The notes beneath the pieces are model-generated. The model saw only the letters and a program-made list of their open reading frames with translations, made no database searches and was not told where the DNA came from. 64,000 bases of DNA from Marsupella aquatica (Eukaryota > Plantae > Marchantiophyta): NCBI GenBank assembly GCA_973895155.1, contig OZ316894.1:3186944-3250943 (forward strand), in the 5' to 3' direction. The translations under genes were made by a program, and so were the position numbers. Every line of letters starts with the position of its first letter. The stretch's first letter is position 1. Shown one piece after another: positions 24,124-37,403 of this stretch.

Positions 24124-25409
24124 TGCACTAGGTGCTGATTATCCAGTACTTCCTAGGGACTGAGTACGTTCAGATCCTTAGTCAGTGCAAGGATGAAGAT
24201 CTACTGGGCAGCCCGATTCCCAATGGCCACGTTTTGACAATCGTTGCAGCTATGTTCTGCTGGTTCTGCTCCACGACCACGAGTTCATCTGCTTCTGAGG
24301 CCACCGAAGTCAGATAGTCGTTGGTATGCTACCACCATGGAGTGTTCATCTGGTTCCAGTCGTTGCCTGTGGCGCATTTATTCTGCCTGGAGATGCTCTT
24401 CAAGATCTGCAAACGTAGTGTTTTGGTCCTTCAAATATAGTACAGCATAAATGTACAAAAAGAGAGCCCTTGGAGGACTAGTTGGATGATTGAGCTATTT
24501 GAATGTCGGGAAATTCTTCCCCTTTACTCAGGAATGCACACTCAGGAATGCACGTGATGTAATGACATTTTGCAGTTACTTTATATTCATGAGACAGTCA
24601 TTCTTTGTCATTCGTTAGTTGAAAGGGACAGTAGGGCGTAGAATGTTTGGCTTAGAAGGTTAGGCTTAGAGACCAAACAACTGGGGACTCTATCAAATCA
24701 CTCCTAGTTGGTTGTACACTAGATTTAGCTCCCTACCTTCCATTTTAATTTGTGTATCAATTAGTTGCTTCATTAATGTTGTCTCCATGAATCTTAACGT
24801 ACCGGTCAATTGATTTTATTTTCCCTATTAATTGGTCAATTTGTAGTGCTATTGTATTCATGTTCATAGGAGCCTCTTTAAAGCTTTAGTGCGGGAACTA
24901 GCGTGGATAAGTGTATACAACTTTAACAGCTAGCAAATGTTGCAGCTATGGGATAGGAGGCAGAAAGGGCTTGGGGAAGGCAATAAATCCTGCCCAAACA
25001 CGAGGTGTAAGCTTCTCGAGTGCAATAGCGATATAGGTGTGATAAAAGTCTATGCATACTGTTAAGGCACGATGAATATTATGCACACCATCGCGCAAAC
25101 TCAGAGAAAGTGCACTTATCATGTTAGTGCAAGGCCCGAGCTTCTTCCCGAGTGTGTGGACTTAAATTAAAGGGAGGCTCCTGTAACAGTGTCAGGGCCA
25201 CTATTGCAGAAAAGACTGAGGCAAAATTATCAAAGAGTGACGGAGCTCGTGAAAGTAAATGAACAGATGCAAAACATTATTGCTAGCTTTTTTTCTTAAA
25301 AATAATATAGCTTTCGAGCGAAGCTGCCCTACTGTCTCCCGCTAGTGAAAGGTGGACGGTTCGGTTTCCAATCGGCAGGTGGCACAGAGTCTGGCACAGA
25401 GTTTGATGG

Positions 25410-27230
25410 CAGCCAAGTCATGGAAGCCGGCTGGGTGATGGCGACACAACCAGCTTCAATAGGAGAACGCCAACGAGCAGATAATGTAAGTCTTATTGTT
25501 GCTCACCACGATCTCTGGTTAGATGAAGTCCTCGATGAAGTCGGAGACGAAGCTGGAGATGTAAGCAGCCAATACTATCATCCCCGCGACAGGTGAGGGA
25601 AAGCTTACTCATTTCTCGTTTTCTATCGGAAGCCAAGGTGAGACCCCTATTTCTCCCTTTGCGGTTGAAGAGATTTCCTAGTGGAGAGAATGTCCATGGG
25701 CAGGACTAGTTTGGAAATTAGATGTGGATAAGTTAGTTAAGCGAGATTGAATGCCAGGTAGATTCTCGGAAAATGATAAAATTTGCTTTGCCGACTGCAT
25801 TTGCTAGATTGGTCATCGAGAGAATTAGGGGAAATGATCTAAGAATCTGGGAGAAACGATGGGCTTGCATGTGGATCCTTCAGTTGTGATAGTTATGTAC
25901 ATTATTGTAGATTGGAAGGTGTTGGTACGTCGAGGTGGCCGAAGTGAAGGGTTTATGGAATTAATCAGAAAGCGGTCTGGATTCGATACCTGCAGAAACG
26001 CTGTTGTCGCGTGGGAAGGACGCCGTCGACTTACGACAGATCCAATCGCAAACCACTTGGATCATTTTAACCAGCGTTACTCTCATATATAGTGTTCTTC
26101 CTTGCGCTTCACTCAGCCTCGCGATCGGTGCCCTCACAGCTTCTATATAGATCGTGGTGAGTAGCTATAAATCTTCAGAGTATGAAATATATGATCACAA
26201 TGAACGCATTATTGTAAACTTACTAGGGTGTCCCATGCCTTCCCTGAATCGATCTCGTTATACTGTGAGAAGTTGCCACCCGTTGGTCAGATCGGGGCCC
26301 CTAGCCTGCGTCTGACCGCAGAAGAATAGCAAGTCCTTCTGTGACTTTCGGATTGGAAATCTCGCGCATTCAAAGAGGATTCAAAGAACAGAATGGAGAC
26401 GTATCAGACTACTGTTTATATAGAGCACTTCATCGGTGGGATCTCATCGAGTCCTGCGAGGTCGGAAAAATAAAGCTTGTGATCAGACTTTCAGGAAATA
26501 TGACCTTTTTTTTAACTTATTCAGCGCGCTGCCAGTGGAACTATCTGAAGCGCACATCTGTAATGCCAAAAATGAAATTTTGTTTGTTTGATCAGAGAAG
26601 GCGATGTATTCCCTCCTCCATAAAATGCAACCAACAAGGAAACCAATTTGGGCATATATAAATATCTGAATGTGTATTACTTGCAGGACGGGGATCCTTT
26701 TTTCAGAGCGCATAATCATTCTTACCGTCCGGTTGAAGACTTTGTACAACATATATATGCAGCAGATGGAGAAGCAATATGGCTTCGAGTGGCCATCCAT
26801 TTCCATCATCTCCGATTCAGGCACAGCAAAGCAGGAGTTCAAAACACTGCTACACGGGAAAAGCTCCAGCTTCAACTGCTCAGCTTCAACAGGATGGGAA
26901 GCGATATATAATGTACAACTGGATCTCTGATGAACATTTGATAGAGAAGTACAGAGACCACAAACATGTGCCCTTGCGCCTCAAGCATGACATGCAACTC
27001 CATTTCCTTGCCAGTCTTTACATTGTTCAGAAGATTGCTGATGCCATTGTCACGTACAGCTCCAACGTTGGCAGATTCATTGGTGAGATAATGAGTGCCA
27101 AGCACAAAATGGCTTTTGTTGGTACTGAGGGCCTGGTGGTAACGTCTCTTGATTGGGATTATCCAGTGCTTTCTTGGGACTGAGTACATCAAATCCTCAG
27201 TCATATTTGCAAGGATAAAATCTACTGGAC
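25410..27230 (+). pseudogene. Tandem partial duplicate of the GT23-like gene (upstream region, exon 1, part of intron 1, last exon), pseudogenized
   Basis: 25410-26650 is colinear with ~19640-20975, and 26650-27230 with ~23600-24205; exons 2-4 are absent. The start ATG is lost, the last exon has frameshifts (e.g. AACATATATATGCAG) and the original stop region is deleted. Confidence 0.88.
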
Positions 27231-29589
27231 CTTGATGAGAGTAGGCCTTGTTATTAAAATCGCTCATCTTCTGAACATAATGCTAGCTTAGTTTTTTTCC
27301 CTAGCCTCTCATATCTGTCGCTCTCAGTCCCACATTCCTCAGTAAAGTTGGTTGAATTGAACAATACAGCAGAATTTACATTTGCCAGAATCGAATTCTG
27401 TAACAGAGCTTCGTTTACTATAACTCACTCGTTCGATTTATAAGTCAGAAATGAGCACGGCACTCATTTCACTGCATAGGACCCCTATTTAATGTTCCAG
27501 TTTGTACAAAAAGACCCCAAATATATGGAAGTATTACGTGATTGACTTAGTACTTACTTCGCCAACGTTTTCAGAGGAGTTGTTAAAAGCTAGCCTCAGT
27601 CTGATGTGCTCAGTATTTGATTCCCTTATTGTTTTTCGAACAATTTTACTATTGTGGTTGTAGACACTGTTGGCTATGAAGTATTATTAAAAGTGTAATT
27701 CTTGTCAAAACACTTCAGACAGTGGAACCACATAGAACCACCTTATTTAAGAAGTTTAGGCAGCATTAAAGGAATTCCCTTACTTGATTGACAGCCATGC
27801 TACTGGTAGGTTTCATTCGTGGACCTGCTTTGGTGGCTGGCTGATCCACTTGGCCATTGCATGTGTTTTTTGGCTTTTTGGCCCTCTTTTCCGCCTTCAG
27901 GCTATTTGTTTCCTTTGCTTTGTAATAAATTCAAGGGAAATACCCCACCCTCTCAATAGAGACTTCTGGTTGCTGCATGGTTGATTGTCTCGAGGAAGGT
28001 TTCATTTAAGAAAATAAAATAAAACTACTCCTCCCCCATTTTGTGACAGAAAGTGGTCCACATAAGTATTGCATTGCTTCCTCCCATGATTTGAATGGTT
28101 TGAATTTGCTTGGAATTGGGGTTCCTTAATTGCTCTGCTCTTTCACATGTTTTGGTCTGCAGACTGGACTTCCTCTATCAACTTCTCTCTAAGCAACCCC
28201 GTAGCTCATCTTGGACACTGTCTAGCACTCACTGAACCTTTTGAGCAATCAAAGGACTCCACTTTCACTGTTGGCCAGCTTTGATCATAATATGTCCTAC
28301 AAGGCACCCAGAAATTAATGTACAACAAGCTATGTCACAAGATGATGTATGATACCCTTTTTTTCTTTTATATTTATCTTCACAGAAATTGGGTTTTGAA
28401 AGCCAAAAAAGGCAATTTGGACCCTTTCACAATTGTTATTATTATGACAGACAGTAAGTTCTCCTTTAGCAGAATGCCTTCTCAAGACAACATTCAACAG
28501 GAAGGAGCTGAAGATAACACAGAGGAGAGGTGGTCAAGTCTCAATTCTTAAAATTGACGATCCCATTCTCCCCTTATAACCCCCAGTTAGAATCCTATTA
28601 GATAATATTTATTTATTATATGTGTATTATACTATAATCATAGTCATAGATATATGGATAATTGTCCCTACCCTCAGATTGTAATAATGGCACGGTCCTT
28701 GAAAACTTATCTGCGAAGTCCTATTTAATGACCTCCTATTTAATGACCAAAAGCAGCAGGGCGACAGTCACTTCCGATGAATTATTGGAACCCTTACCCC
28801 TTAGGAAAGGCAGCACAGAGTCGGACCAAAATAGCACATGGTGTGGCCACATAAAAGGTGAAATGTCTAAGATTTCTCCCTTTTTCACATACTCTCCTTT
28901 ACCCTCAAATTTTGTTCCATAATTTCAGAAAAAAATTACTAAAAATAGTGAAACTTGGTGGATCTATGTTTGTCATGGCCCTTAACCTCAATGTCAACAG
29001 ATCCGGATCCAGTTTTTGTCATGGTTAGGGGCACTTTAACCTGAATGCCAACAAATCCAACTGTTATAATATTGGGCTTGTTGGTTCGACACAGCCGGGG
29101 ATTATTATTATCATTTAAAAACGTCAGAGTTTAAATACGAAAGTGAGGTTACCGGGTAAACAATCTTGACCCATGACCCCCCGCAGTGGTCCTTAGCGAA
29201 GGCTCCAGGACAGACTCCGACCAAATAAATTGTACCAACTAATCTGCGCTTATTATTCGCCAACACCATCCAACGGCAAAGCTGCCGCACTGCTCCTCGG
29301 ACTCGACGCCGTGGCCGTCGATCGGCAGATTAATTAACAGACGATTCCGGAGGAAATTTAATTCAGGCACGGGGAGGATCATTTAAGAGGAGACCTGCGT
29401 TCGCGGTCCTTAGCAAAGGAAATTGCGAATACATGGTGTTACTGATGAGACAATTTTTGTCCTTAGCAGGGGAAAAACCCCTACAGCATTGCTAAGAGTG
29501 GCAAAGTTGCAAAGGAAATCCCTAAGGGCGTGCTATGAATGGCAACGAGCTGCTTTCGTGGTCTCCTTCTTCCCCTCCTTCTGGTCTAC

Positions 29590-30235
29590 CAGTCTCGTGC
29601 TCCTCTGCCTCTCCTCTCCTCTCCTCTCCCTCCTCTCCTCTCCATCTCTCGACTCGACTCGACTCGACTCCATCGCTCGTCGCTCGCTCGTGCTTTGCGC
29701 GTTGGCGTTCGCGGGGAGGATTCTCGTTTGGTGTGGAGGAGGATCGCTTGTTGGTGAGGATCATGGCGTGTTGTGGATCACTCTCTTGACCATCCGTTGG
29801 TGGTGTTGTTTGTTGCTCTTGGTTTTTTGAGATTTGCGTGCTCTGTCTGCTTTTGACAAGGTGGTGTGGAGACGAGGAGCGGAGCGGAGGGGAGGACATT
29901 TGCGTGGCGTCAGTGGTTGCTTATCCGGGGGCGGAAGATTGCGGAGGGGAAGAGGGGCAGCGCGTTTCGTTTGGTGCTTTGACGCGCGTGTTTGGTTCTC
30001 CGGTTCGGGAGTTCTCGTTTCGGTTGGCTTGACTTCTTGTTCGTGGTTTCTCTCTCGGGAGGAAATAGAGCGAGAGAGAGCGTGCTTGGGAGGTCTGGTG
30101 TGCCGTTTTCGATGGGAAAGAGGGATGCGTACAAGTGGGAGATTGCTGAGCTACACTTGCCAACACCAGAATTCTCTTGATTTGCCTCCTTCGCTGCTGC
30201 TGCTGCTGCTGCTGCCCCTCCTCCTCCGCCGCGTG
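29590..30235 (+). repeat. Microsatellites in the presumed 5' UTR/leader of the UBC gene
   Basis: CT-rich tract, (CTCGA)4 at ~29648-29670 and (GCT)n at ~30193-30215. Confidence 0.7.
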
Positions 30236-30450
30236 TAGACGAATTCCGTTGGATCACATCGGCTTTGAATTAGGGTTTGCAGCAGAGACTAAAAACTGTC
30301 CGAGGTGTCAGAGAGAGAGACAGGTACCTCGTGTTTCCACTGATAAGGCTTGGAAAGCAAAGCAGCCTGTGTGAAGGTAGAGAGCTGCTGGAGTCGTTCA
30401 ACTGCTTGTGAATTTCCGTTCAGAGGAGAGGTAATCAGCCCGACGCAATC

Positions 30451-33400
30451 ATGTCCTCGCCTAGCAAGCGGCGCGAGATGGACGTCATGAAGTTGTAAGC
30501 CCTGTTCCTTCTTTGTGCCCTCAGTCTTCTCGAGATCTCGTCTAAATTAAGGCGCTTCCTGTGGAGTGTCTCCTGGTAGATCGCCGGTCTGTAATTTGGG
30601 AGAGTTCGTTCCTTGCTGACTCTTGATAATGTGTTTGAAATGTCTATTAGTTAGATAGTAGGTTTGTTGACTGACGCCAATTTTGTGTACAGGATGATGA
30701 GCGATTACAAGGTGGAGATGGTGAACGATGGGATGAGCGAGTTTTATGTGGAGTTTCATGGCCCAAGAGAAAGTAAGTTGACGTTTTGTGATCGCATTGC
30801 TGCTGATAGTTTGTCGGGCAAATCGCTTACACAAAGATGGTAAATCTTGATAGTAATTAGATCAGTTTGCTCATGCTACTACGCGTGCTGACACTGTGCC
30901 TTATGTGACTGCGCATTTCGGCTGGCACGGTTTAATTAGGTGGGGACTATTTGGGGTCAAGCAGTGTTTCCAATGTGGAAGTATTCACGAGTTTCTGAAC
31001 TGGATTTGTACCTTTAATACTGGTAGTGATGGGAATTAAAGTGAAAAACTCAATCGTTGCGAACAATATTTATTTGCGACGACTAAATTTTCCACCAAAG
31101 TACGACTTACTAAGAGCCAATTTAAGCGTACATACGTCTCTCTAGTAGATACAAACCCCCTTTCTTCTCTAGCAACTGCTGGAACCATGAAGGCTTGGTT
31201 GTCTGGAAAGAATTGGGCCGTCTCGAAGATTGTTATAAATGATCTTCTTTCCGGGTGGATTTGTTACACTTTTCATGACAGTAGCTACCCTAATCTGCTT
31301 CCGTGAAAAATATTGTGCAGTGTATGGGCCTTCCGTAATGTGACGGTGAGATATGGATACTGAAGCTCCTATTCACGGGAGGCATTTCTCTTTTTTGGCT
31401 TTGTTTATTGAGTAGTATTCGGGAATGGCCTTAATGACATAGGAAAAGAGTGATAATTGCGCTACTGTAAGAACCACCCCCTCTGCTGGAGGTTGAGCCA
31501 GTACAAAGGGACAAACCGCCTGATTCAAGAGACTGTTCGCTTGTAGCTAGTTCCAGTATTAGAGACACACTACAAGCGGAAGTCAAGCTTATAAGAAATT
31601 ATATCTTAGCTTCGGCTACTCTCGGATGTTCTTCTCACGTTCTTACTAATTATGTAGCCGTGCTTCGTTTTACGATAAGTGCAGAGGATTCTTTGTTTGT
31701 TACCCGATTGTTTGTTGGATTTCCACGGAGTTACAAATTAGCTGGAGATAAGGAAACGCGCATAGCGCTATGCTTTATGCGATTCGAGTGAGAGTGGTTG
31801 CTGTCCATCTGACGTCAGATGATTTTGGTGCAGGTCCTTATCAAGATGGAACGTGGAAAGTTCGTGTTGAGTTGCCAGATGCTTATCCGTACAAGTCTCC
31901 GTCCATTGGTTTTGTGAACAGGATATTTCATCCTAATGTCGATGAGATGTATATCCCTTTGTTCTTTTATCCTCCTGTTATTTCAATCTATTTGCGATTG
32001 TCCAATGTACTTGCTACTTGTGCTGAATTACCAAGTTGTTACTCATTTTTCAGATCTCTCGTCACTCTGTGAAAAGTTGTTGGAATTACCATGAGTCATC
32101 GTGTGAGCTTGTATTTTCGAGGATCTTCTTTGCCCCCTCTGTTCATGTCCCTCCACCTAGCCATGTCAGCTTGTGATCCAGAATTTTGGATCCGTGCAGG
32201 TCTGGCTCCGTTTGTCTAGATGTCATCAATCAGACTTGGAGTCCAATGTTTGGTAAGTTCATCTTGGTCTCCTCTTGCCTAAGATTCTCACATGGTCGTG
32301 TTTGCAGTGGACATTGAGAGTGAGATGACTAGGGAGTGATGAATCTTAGCCTGTTCTTTGGGGAATGGCTCCAATCGTGTGCAGTCGTATTTTCTGGCCA
32401 TCCGGGGTTAGTAAGGTTCAGCCAGTGTTATGGGTATAGTAAATCAGATTGTAGCTCTACTTTCGCTGAAGGGTATGGGCAGTAGCTGTTGTCTTTCCTT
32501 TGTCACTTGAAACTGTACTTCGTCCTAATTCTGAGAAAATAGAAGTTTGACTTTGTTGCAGATCTTATCAACGTGTTCGAAGTGTTCCTGCCTCAGCTAC
32601 TGCTCTATCCCAATCCCACAGATCCCCTGAATGGAGAAGCTGCTGCGCTGATGATGCGTGATCGGGAGAACTATGAACAGAAAGTGAAAGGTCTCTTTTC
32701 TCAGTTGTACCTTGCCTGTAGACAGGCATGTTTTAATGTGATGACAACAACCTTCTATATCATATGTTGAAAGTGGCGTTCTAATCAGTTCAATCTACTC
32801 CAGAAAATCGACAAAGAATGCTGTCTTTGGGATTCGTTTTTACTTACGGTGCAGATCATGGATTTCTCTTTCCTTGCCACAGTTTTGCGCTGCTTACGGT
32901 TAGACCTCATTTAAAGCATATCCCATGGTCCAACTCTATGTCGATTTAAGTTCATCTAGCACACATCCCATGGTCTAATATCGTCAATGCAAAGTTTACT
33001 AGAAAACAACCCATGGTGGAACCTTTCTTTCCATCTAATGGTAAACTAAAATCACATCTAATTGTCTAAATTCTCTAACAGCCTTACTTGAAAAGGAAAT
33101 ATGGCACGTCTGATTCTCTGTGTGTAAGTTAACTTAGTCCTAACTTCTTGCTATGCAAAGAAGAGGGTTTTATTTCCCTCTTGCTTTCAAAGAACGGATG
33201 AGTATGCTTAGGAGGAATTATCATACTGGCTTTGTTTTCCAATTTGGTTGTGTTTGTCATGTAAATTGTATGCAGGCCTTATCCTGACATGTCTAGGGCC
33301 CAGGTCGATGTAAATTATGGTCTAGTTTTACATTTAGTGAATGTTTTTTCTTCTAGAGAATATTTACGGTGTTTTACAGCCGAGAATCCAGCGTAGAATA

Positions 33401-33612
33401 ATTATTGACAATGTGGACATGTAACTTGTCTATATATTGTATGCTTACGGATCTGGTAATGGGAATTGAACTTCACCGCAGAGTACTGTGAAAGATATGC
33501 AAAAGCTGAGGACGTGGGGACCCGCCCGGAAGAATCAAGTAGCGATGGGGAGGTTAGCGACGAGGAGTATATGTCCAGTGATGAGGAAATGGCTGGCCAC
33601 GCTGATCCTTGA
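30451..33612 (+). CDS. UBC4: Ubiquitin-conjugating enzyme E2, UBC4/5/6 group (UBE2H/yeast Ubc8-like), 6 exons, 183 aa
   Basis: Exons 30451-30494, 30693-30772, 31834-31948, 32200-32252, 32562-32690, 33482-33612 (552 nt, all GT-AG). The protein starts [20 protein letters not shown], contains [26 protein letters not shown] with the catalytic Cys, and ends in an acidic tail. The symbol denotes the orthogroup only. Confidence 0.96.
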
Positions 33613-35187
33613 ATACTTGGGTTTCGAATTTTTGGGAATCTGGGTTTTATGGCTGTGAGTTGACTTTCTTCGTCTGAAAATGGGAGCCCACCAATGTTTG
33701 CTATCATCCTGCAGTGTGATCCACCAGTGGAAAACAGACACTTATTGGCATCAAGGCTTTAAGGACATCATAGCTGGACTGGTCTCGTTGAGGATGATTG
33801 TTGATGCTATCGAGGGGAATTGACGCTTAGGCGAGCTCATCTGTACATACCATTTCGGGCTGTAAAGGCAGTAGCATGATCTGATCTTGTCATATTCATT
33901 CTTTTATCACATGTACCTTTTTAATTTGTTATTATTTTATGTTGGCTGGGCCTGCTGTGGCCGGTCATCATTTGTTGTCTTGTTTTACTCTGATTATACT
34001 GTCTGAGCTACTTTGGAGTTATCATTGCCGACTATACGAACACCCGTTATGAGTCGCGGATCTCTTCATGTGTCCCATTTTATCTTGTTCTATGGTATGT
34101 CAAAGGGCAACCTCATTATCTTGGGAACATCAGTTCAGACAGCGTATTACTCCGTGTCGTCGTCGAATCCACTTTCGATGGGGATATTTGCAGATATATG
34201 GGATTTTTCCAAAACGTGGTGCGCTACAAGTGGAGTAGTACACTACGTAGGACAGTTTTGACAGAAGTCTGTGCGTCTTCTGGAGTGTGTTTGATAGAGT
34301 TTCCCGCAATGCTCATGAAGATAATGGGAGTGGCAAGAGTATCCACTTTTATGCTATCCCATATGTTTGCTGAAGTGCTTAGTTGAGTTGTTTTTCAGGC
34401 AGGCTGTCGAACGCCAACTTTTCGTGGCAGTCTTGAGCAAGCAAGATTGGTTCCCCACTTTTACTCCAAACAGGGCGTCACGAGAGACTCAACAGAACAG
34501 GTTAAAGTCGGGAGTGGGGATGGAAGTGGGCGCTTGGCAATCAAAGTGAAATGGAAATATAGGTGTAGCCAAGGCTGGGTTGCTGCAAGATGGTTGGCAT
34601 AGAAGATGGTGAGTTTAGGGTTTAGGCGGCAAAGGCAGCGTGGGGAGGCTATGGACCTCGACCCCGATGAACAGCGGAAAGGAAAGGCAAGTGACTGAGT
34701 TGGTCCAGGCACAGAGGTCGATGAGGCCGGCTCTAAACGGGTCCAGATGCGGGAAGCAATCCCCCAGGCGTTCAAAGAAAATGAACTCCAGGCATGGCAA
34801 TGGGCCAGAACTGCAAGTGAGGTGGGGAGAGGTGTGCAGGGGCCTCAGAAGTCTAGGTGCCAGAGGTGCGACCTGGGGAACTCCAATGCAAATTTACACC
34901 ATGCATGGGCGAGGGCTAGCTATAGGGTCATGAAGGTCGAGGACGATGAGGGTTGGGAAAGTTTCTCATTCCATGCACTGGCCATTTTTTCGATGCTTGC
35001 AGCAAATGACTACTTAGACTCATCTAGAGTGTGAAAAAATATTATTGTTAAGGCCTGTACACTATCCCACAAGTTTCCCCTTAGAACCATTTTATTGTGA
35101 TGCAAGTGAGAATAGGCCCGCAACTGTGCTCGGTTGCTACTTGGTGTGAACAATCTTCTCGATATCACACAAACGAATCACCTTGCC

Positions 35188-35613
35188 TACACTTTGGGGG
35201 TTCAAAGTCGCCAAGCAGCAGTTGAAGTCGAGGTGTTCTAGTTTGCACTTTGGGGGTTTAAAGTCGCCAAGCAGCAGTTGAAGTTGAGGTGTTCTGGTTT
35301 GCACTTTGGGGGATTAAAGTTGCCAAACAGCAGGTAAAAGTCGATATCATGTTTCAACAGGTCAGACACGTTATCCACCATGTTCTTCTTTTCTTTGTCT
35401 TGAAAGGAAATGAGTAAGAACACTAGTCTCTCGAGCCTAATAGTGGCATACATTTATTCTAGGGAACCCATTGAAAGGAAATGACTAAGAACACTTAGTA
35501 GTCACTTGAGCCTAATAGTGGGATACATTTTTTCTAGGGAACCCATTGAAAGGAAATGACTAAGAACACTTAGTAGTCACTCGAGCCTAATAGTGGCATA
35601 CATAGGGAACCCA
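35188..35613. repeat. Two minisatellite-like triplications (~56 bp x3 and ~75 bp x3)
   Basis: CACTTTGGGGG.T.AAAGTCGCCAAGCAGCAG x3 (35188-35332) and TTGAAAGGAAATGA.TAAGAACACT..GAGCCTAATAGTGG x3 (35400-35613). Confidence 0.85.
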
Positions 35614-35790
35614 TTTCAGGGTGAGCCCTCATGCATCTGATTGGGACCTGCACCAGGAGAGAGAAAGAGAGGATTAAATCAGGGCTGCAAAGTGTACAAC
35701 CAGGGGCAAGTAGATAATCAAAACTCTCATCCACTACCCACAAAACTCATCCCATCTAACACAGGCACACACCATCCACACCCTTGGCCA
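35614..35790 (-). mobile_element. Diverged homolog of the short insert at 54811-55081
   Basis: The minus strand shares CAAGGG(G)TGTGGATG ... CCTG.TTTAA.CCTCTCT..CTCCTGGT...GTC.C.ATCAGAT.CATG with 54824-54967. Confidence 0.45.
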
Positions 35791-37403
35791 GTCACCTTAT
35801 CTAACATATTATAATTGACATGGTTCACCTTATTTACCATATTCTCTAACATATTCTAATTGACATGGTTCACCATATTCTCATGTATATGGTTTAATAC
35901 CATGTTTGTAATGTTATAATAGAACACATGACAGTAAAAATAGAGAGATTTGCTTGGTGGGACCTCAAATGGAAACATTTCAAGTAAAACATTTTCAATT
36001 GGGGTCCCAACAAGCAAATCCTTCACTAAAAATAACTTGGTATAATTTAGGAATTGACCTTCTCCAGTCCAATTAGTTCATGGACCCTTTGGCTAATAAA
36101 ATTAGGGGGAAAAGTTGATCTGAGTCATCTTCATTTTTTATCTTCGGAAATCTTGTCCATCCATCATAATGGTCAATCTATGGTTCAAAAGAAAGATCTC
36201 AAATAGATCTATGGATGGGTTCTGTCCGTTTTGCAAATGGGTTAATTTTTTTCAAATGAAAAATTAAACAAATCCAAACTTTCTTAATCGTCGATTTTGT
36301 TGATTTTACGATCTTTGTCGTCCATTTTGTAATGCTTCTAGAAATCTTATTCATCCATGTTAGAAGGCGATCTAGGGTGCAAAAGAAAGATCTCAATGAG
36401 ATTTACGACTGGGTATTTTTTGTTTCGAGAATGAGTAAATAGTTTTGAGTATAAAATTCGTTGAACTTTCAAGATTCCAGCCATTCCTCTTCTCCGATCC
36501 TGGGTTTCTATGTGTTCTTCCCAGCATTAATGGCCATACAATACGAGAGGTCCTTACATACCGGGAGTTGCGGTTTAACAAGGAAGTTATCAAGTTAGTT
36601 ATTAGTCATTATTTATTATATGAAAAATAATTTTTATAAATCTTTGAATTTAAGTTTTAAAATTGGAAATGTAACTAAAACGGTTACATAGTGACAGTTT
36701 TAACCGTCTTGCTTTTTGCATTTTCAATGTTTTTACTTTTCTTTTTACGGCGCGACGTCCCAAAATTTACATCCAAATTGACACAAACACGAATGAAAAC
36801 TATAAGTTTGATTCACAAAACTGACGAGTCTTGTTTGTTGCGGTTGTTGTTGACGTGGCACGTTGTGGTGCCAAGAATTTTGGAATGAACCTCTAGGAGA
36901 GTGACAAATTGGGCATGGGAAAAATGCACAGTGGCACCTTCAGGTCCATCTCATGGTTAGGGTAAATGTTACCATAATTGAAGGCCTAGGGAGGCTTCCC
37001 ACGCAATGACATTTCATAAACACACCATAGAATAAAAATAAAAGGTTGCATATATAGTGACTCTTGGATCATTTTGAGTGCCTTCACACATTAACTACGA
37101 TTTGGGACAATAAGAAACCAGAAGTGCCATCATGTGTTATGTACACAATGATGTAATCCTGCAATTGATTAGTGGCATCATCCCAATATTATCCTCCTTA
37201 TAATATCTCCACATGCTTTTCATCTTGCATGTATCAATTATATTTGGTAAGTTATTAAGGATATTTTGCACAATGGGTATACTAGTTGACAAAACTGAAA
37301 TGGGAATTTAGGAACTTAAAATACACTCCAATATATTGCCCACAAAGAAGTACAATAGACACATTTTGAATTAGCTAGGGGAAAAAGGGGGTCCTATAAT
37401 AAT

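Noticed and set aside
29423-30374. Many overlapping ORFs on both strands upstream of UBC
   Set aside because: By-products of a GC-rich, microsatellite-containing leader; low-complexity translations.
34450-35034. ORFs after the UBC 3' end
   Set aside because: Short, frameshifted and Trp-rich, possibly a LINE relic, but with no diagnostic motif to support a call.
35188-35613. CRISPR-like arrays (also 51544-51770 and 52865-53110)
   Set aside because: Units are whole-length tandem copies without unique spacers, only 3 copies each, with no cas genes and a eukaryotic context.
35946-36021. Hairpin as a miRNA precursor
   Set aside because: Imperfect ~24-bp arms embedded in repeat-rich DNA, more likely a transposon relic; unsupported without small-RNA data.
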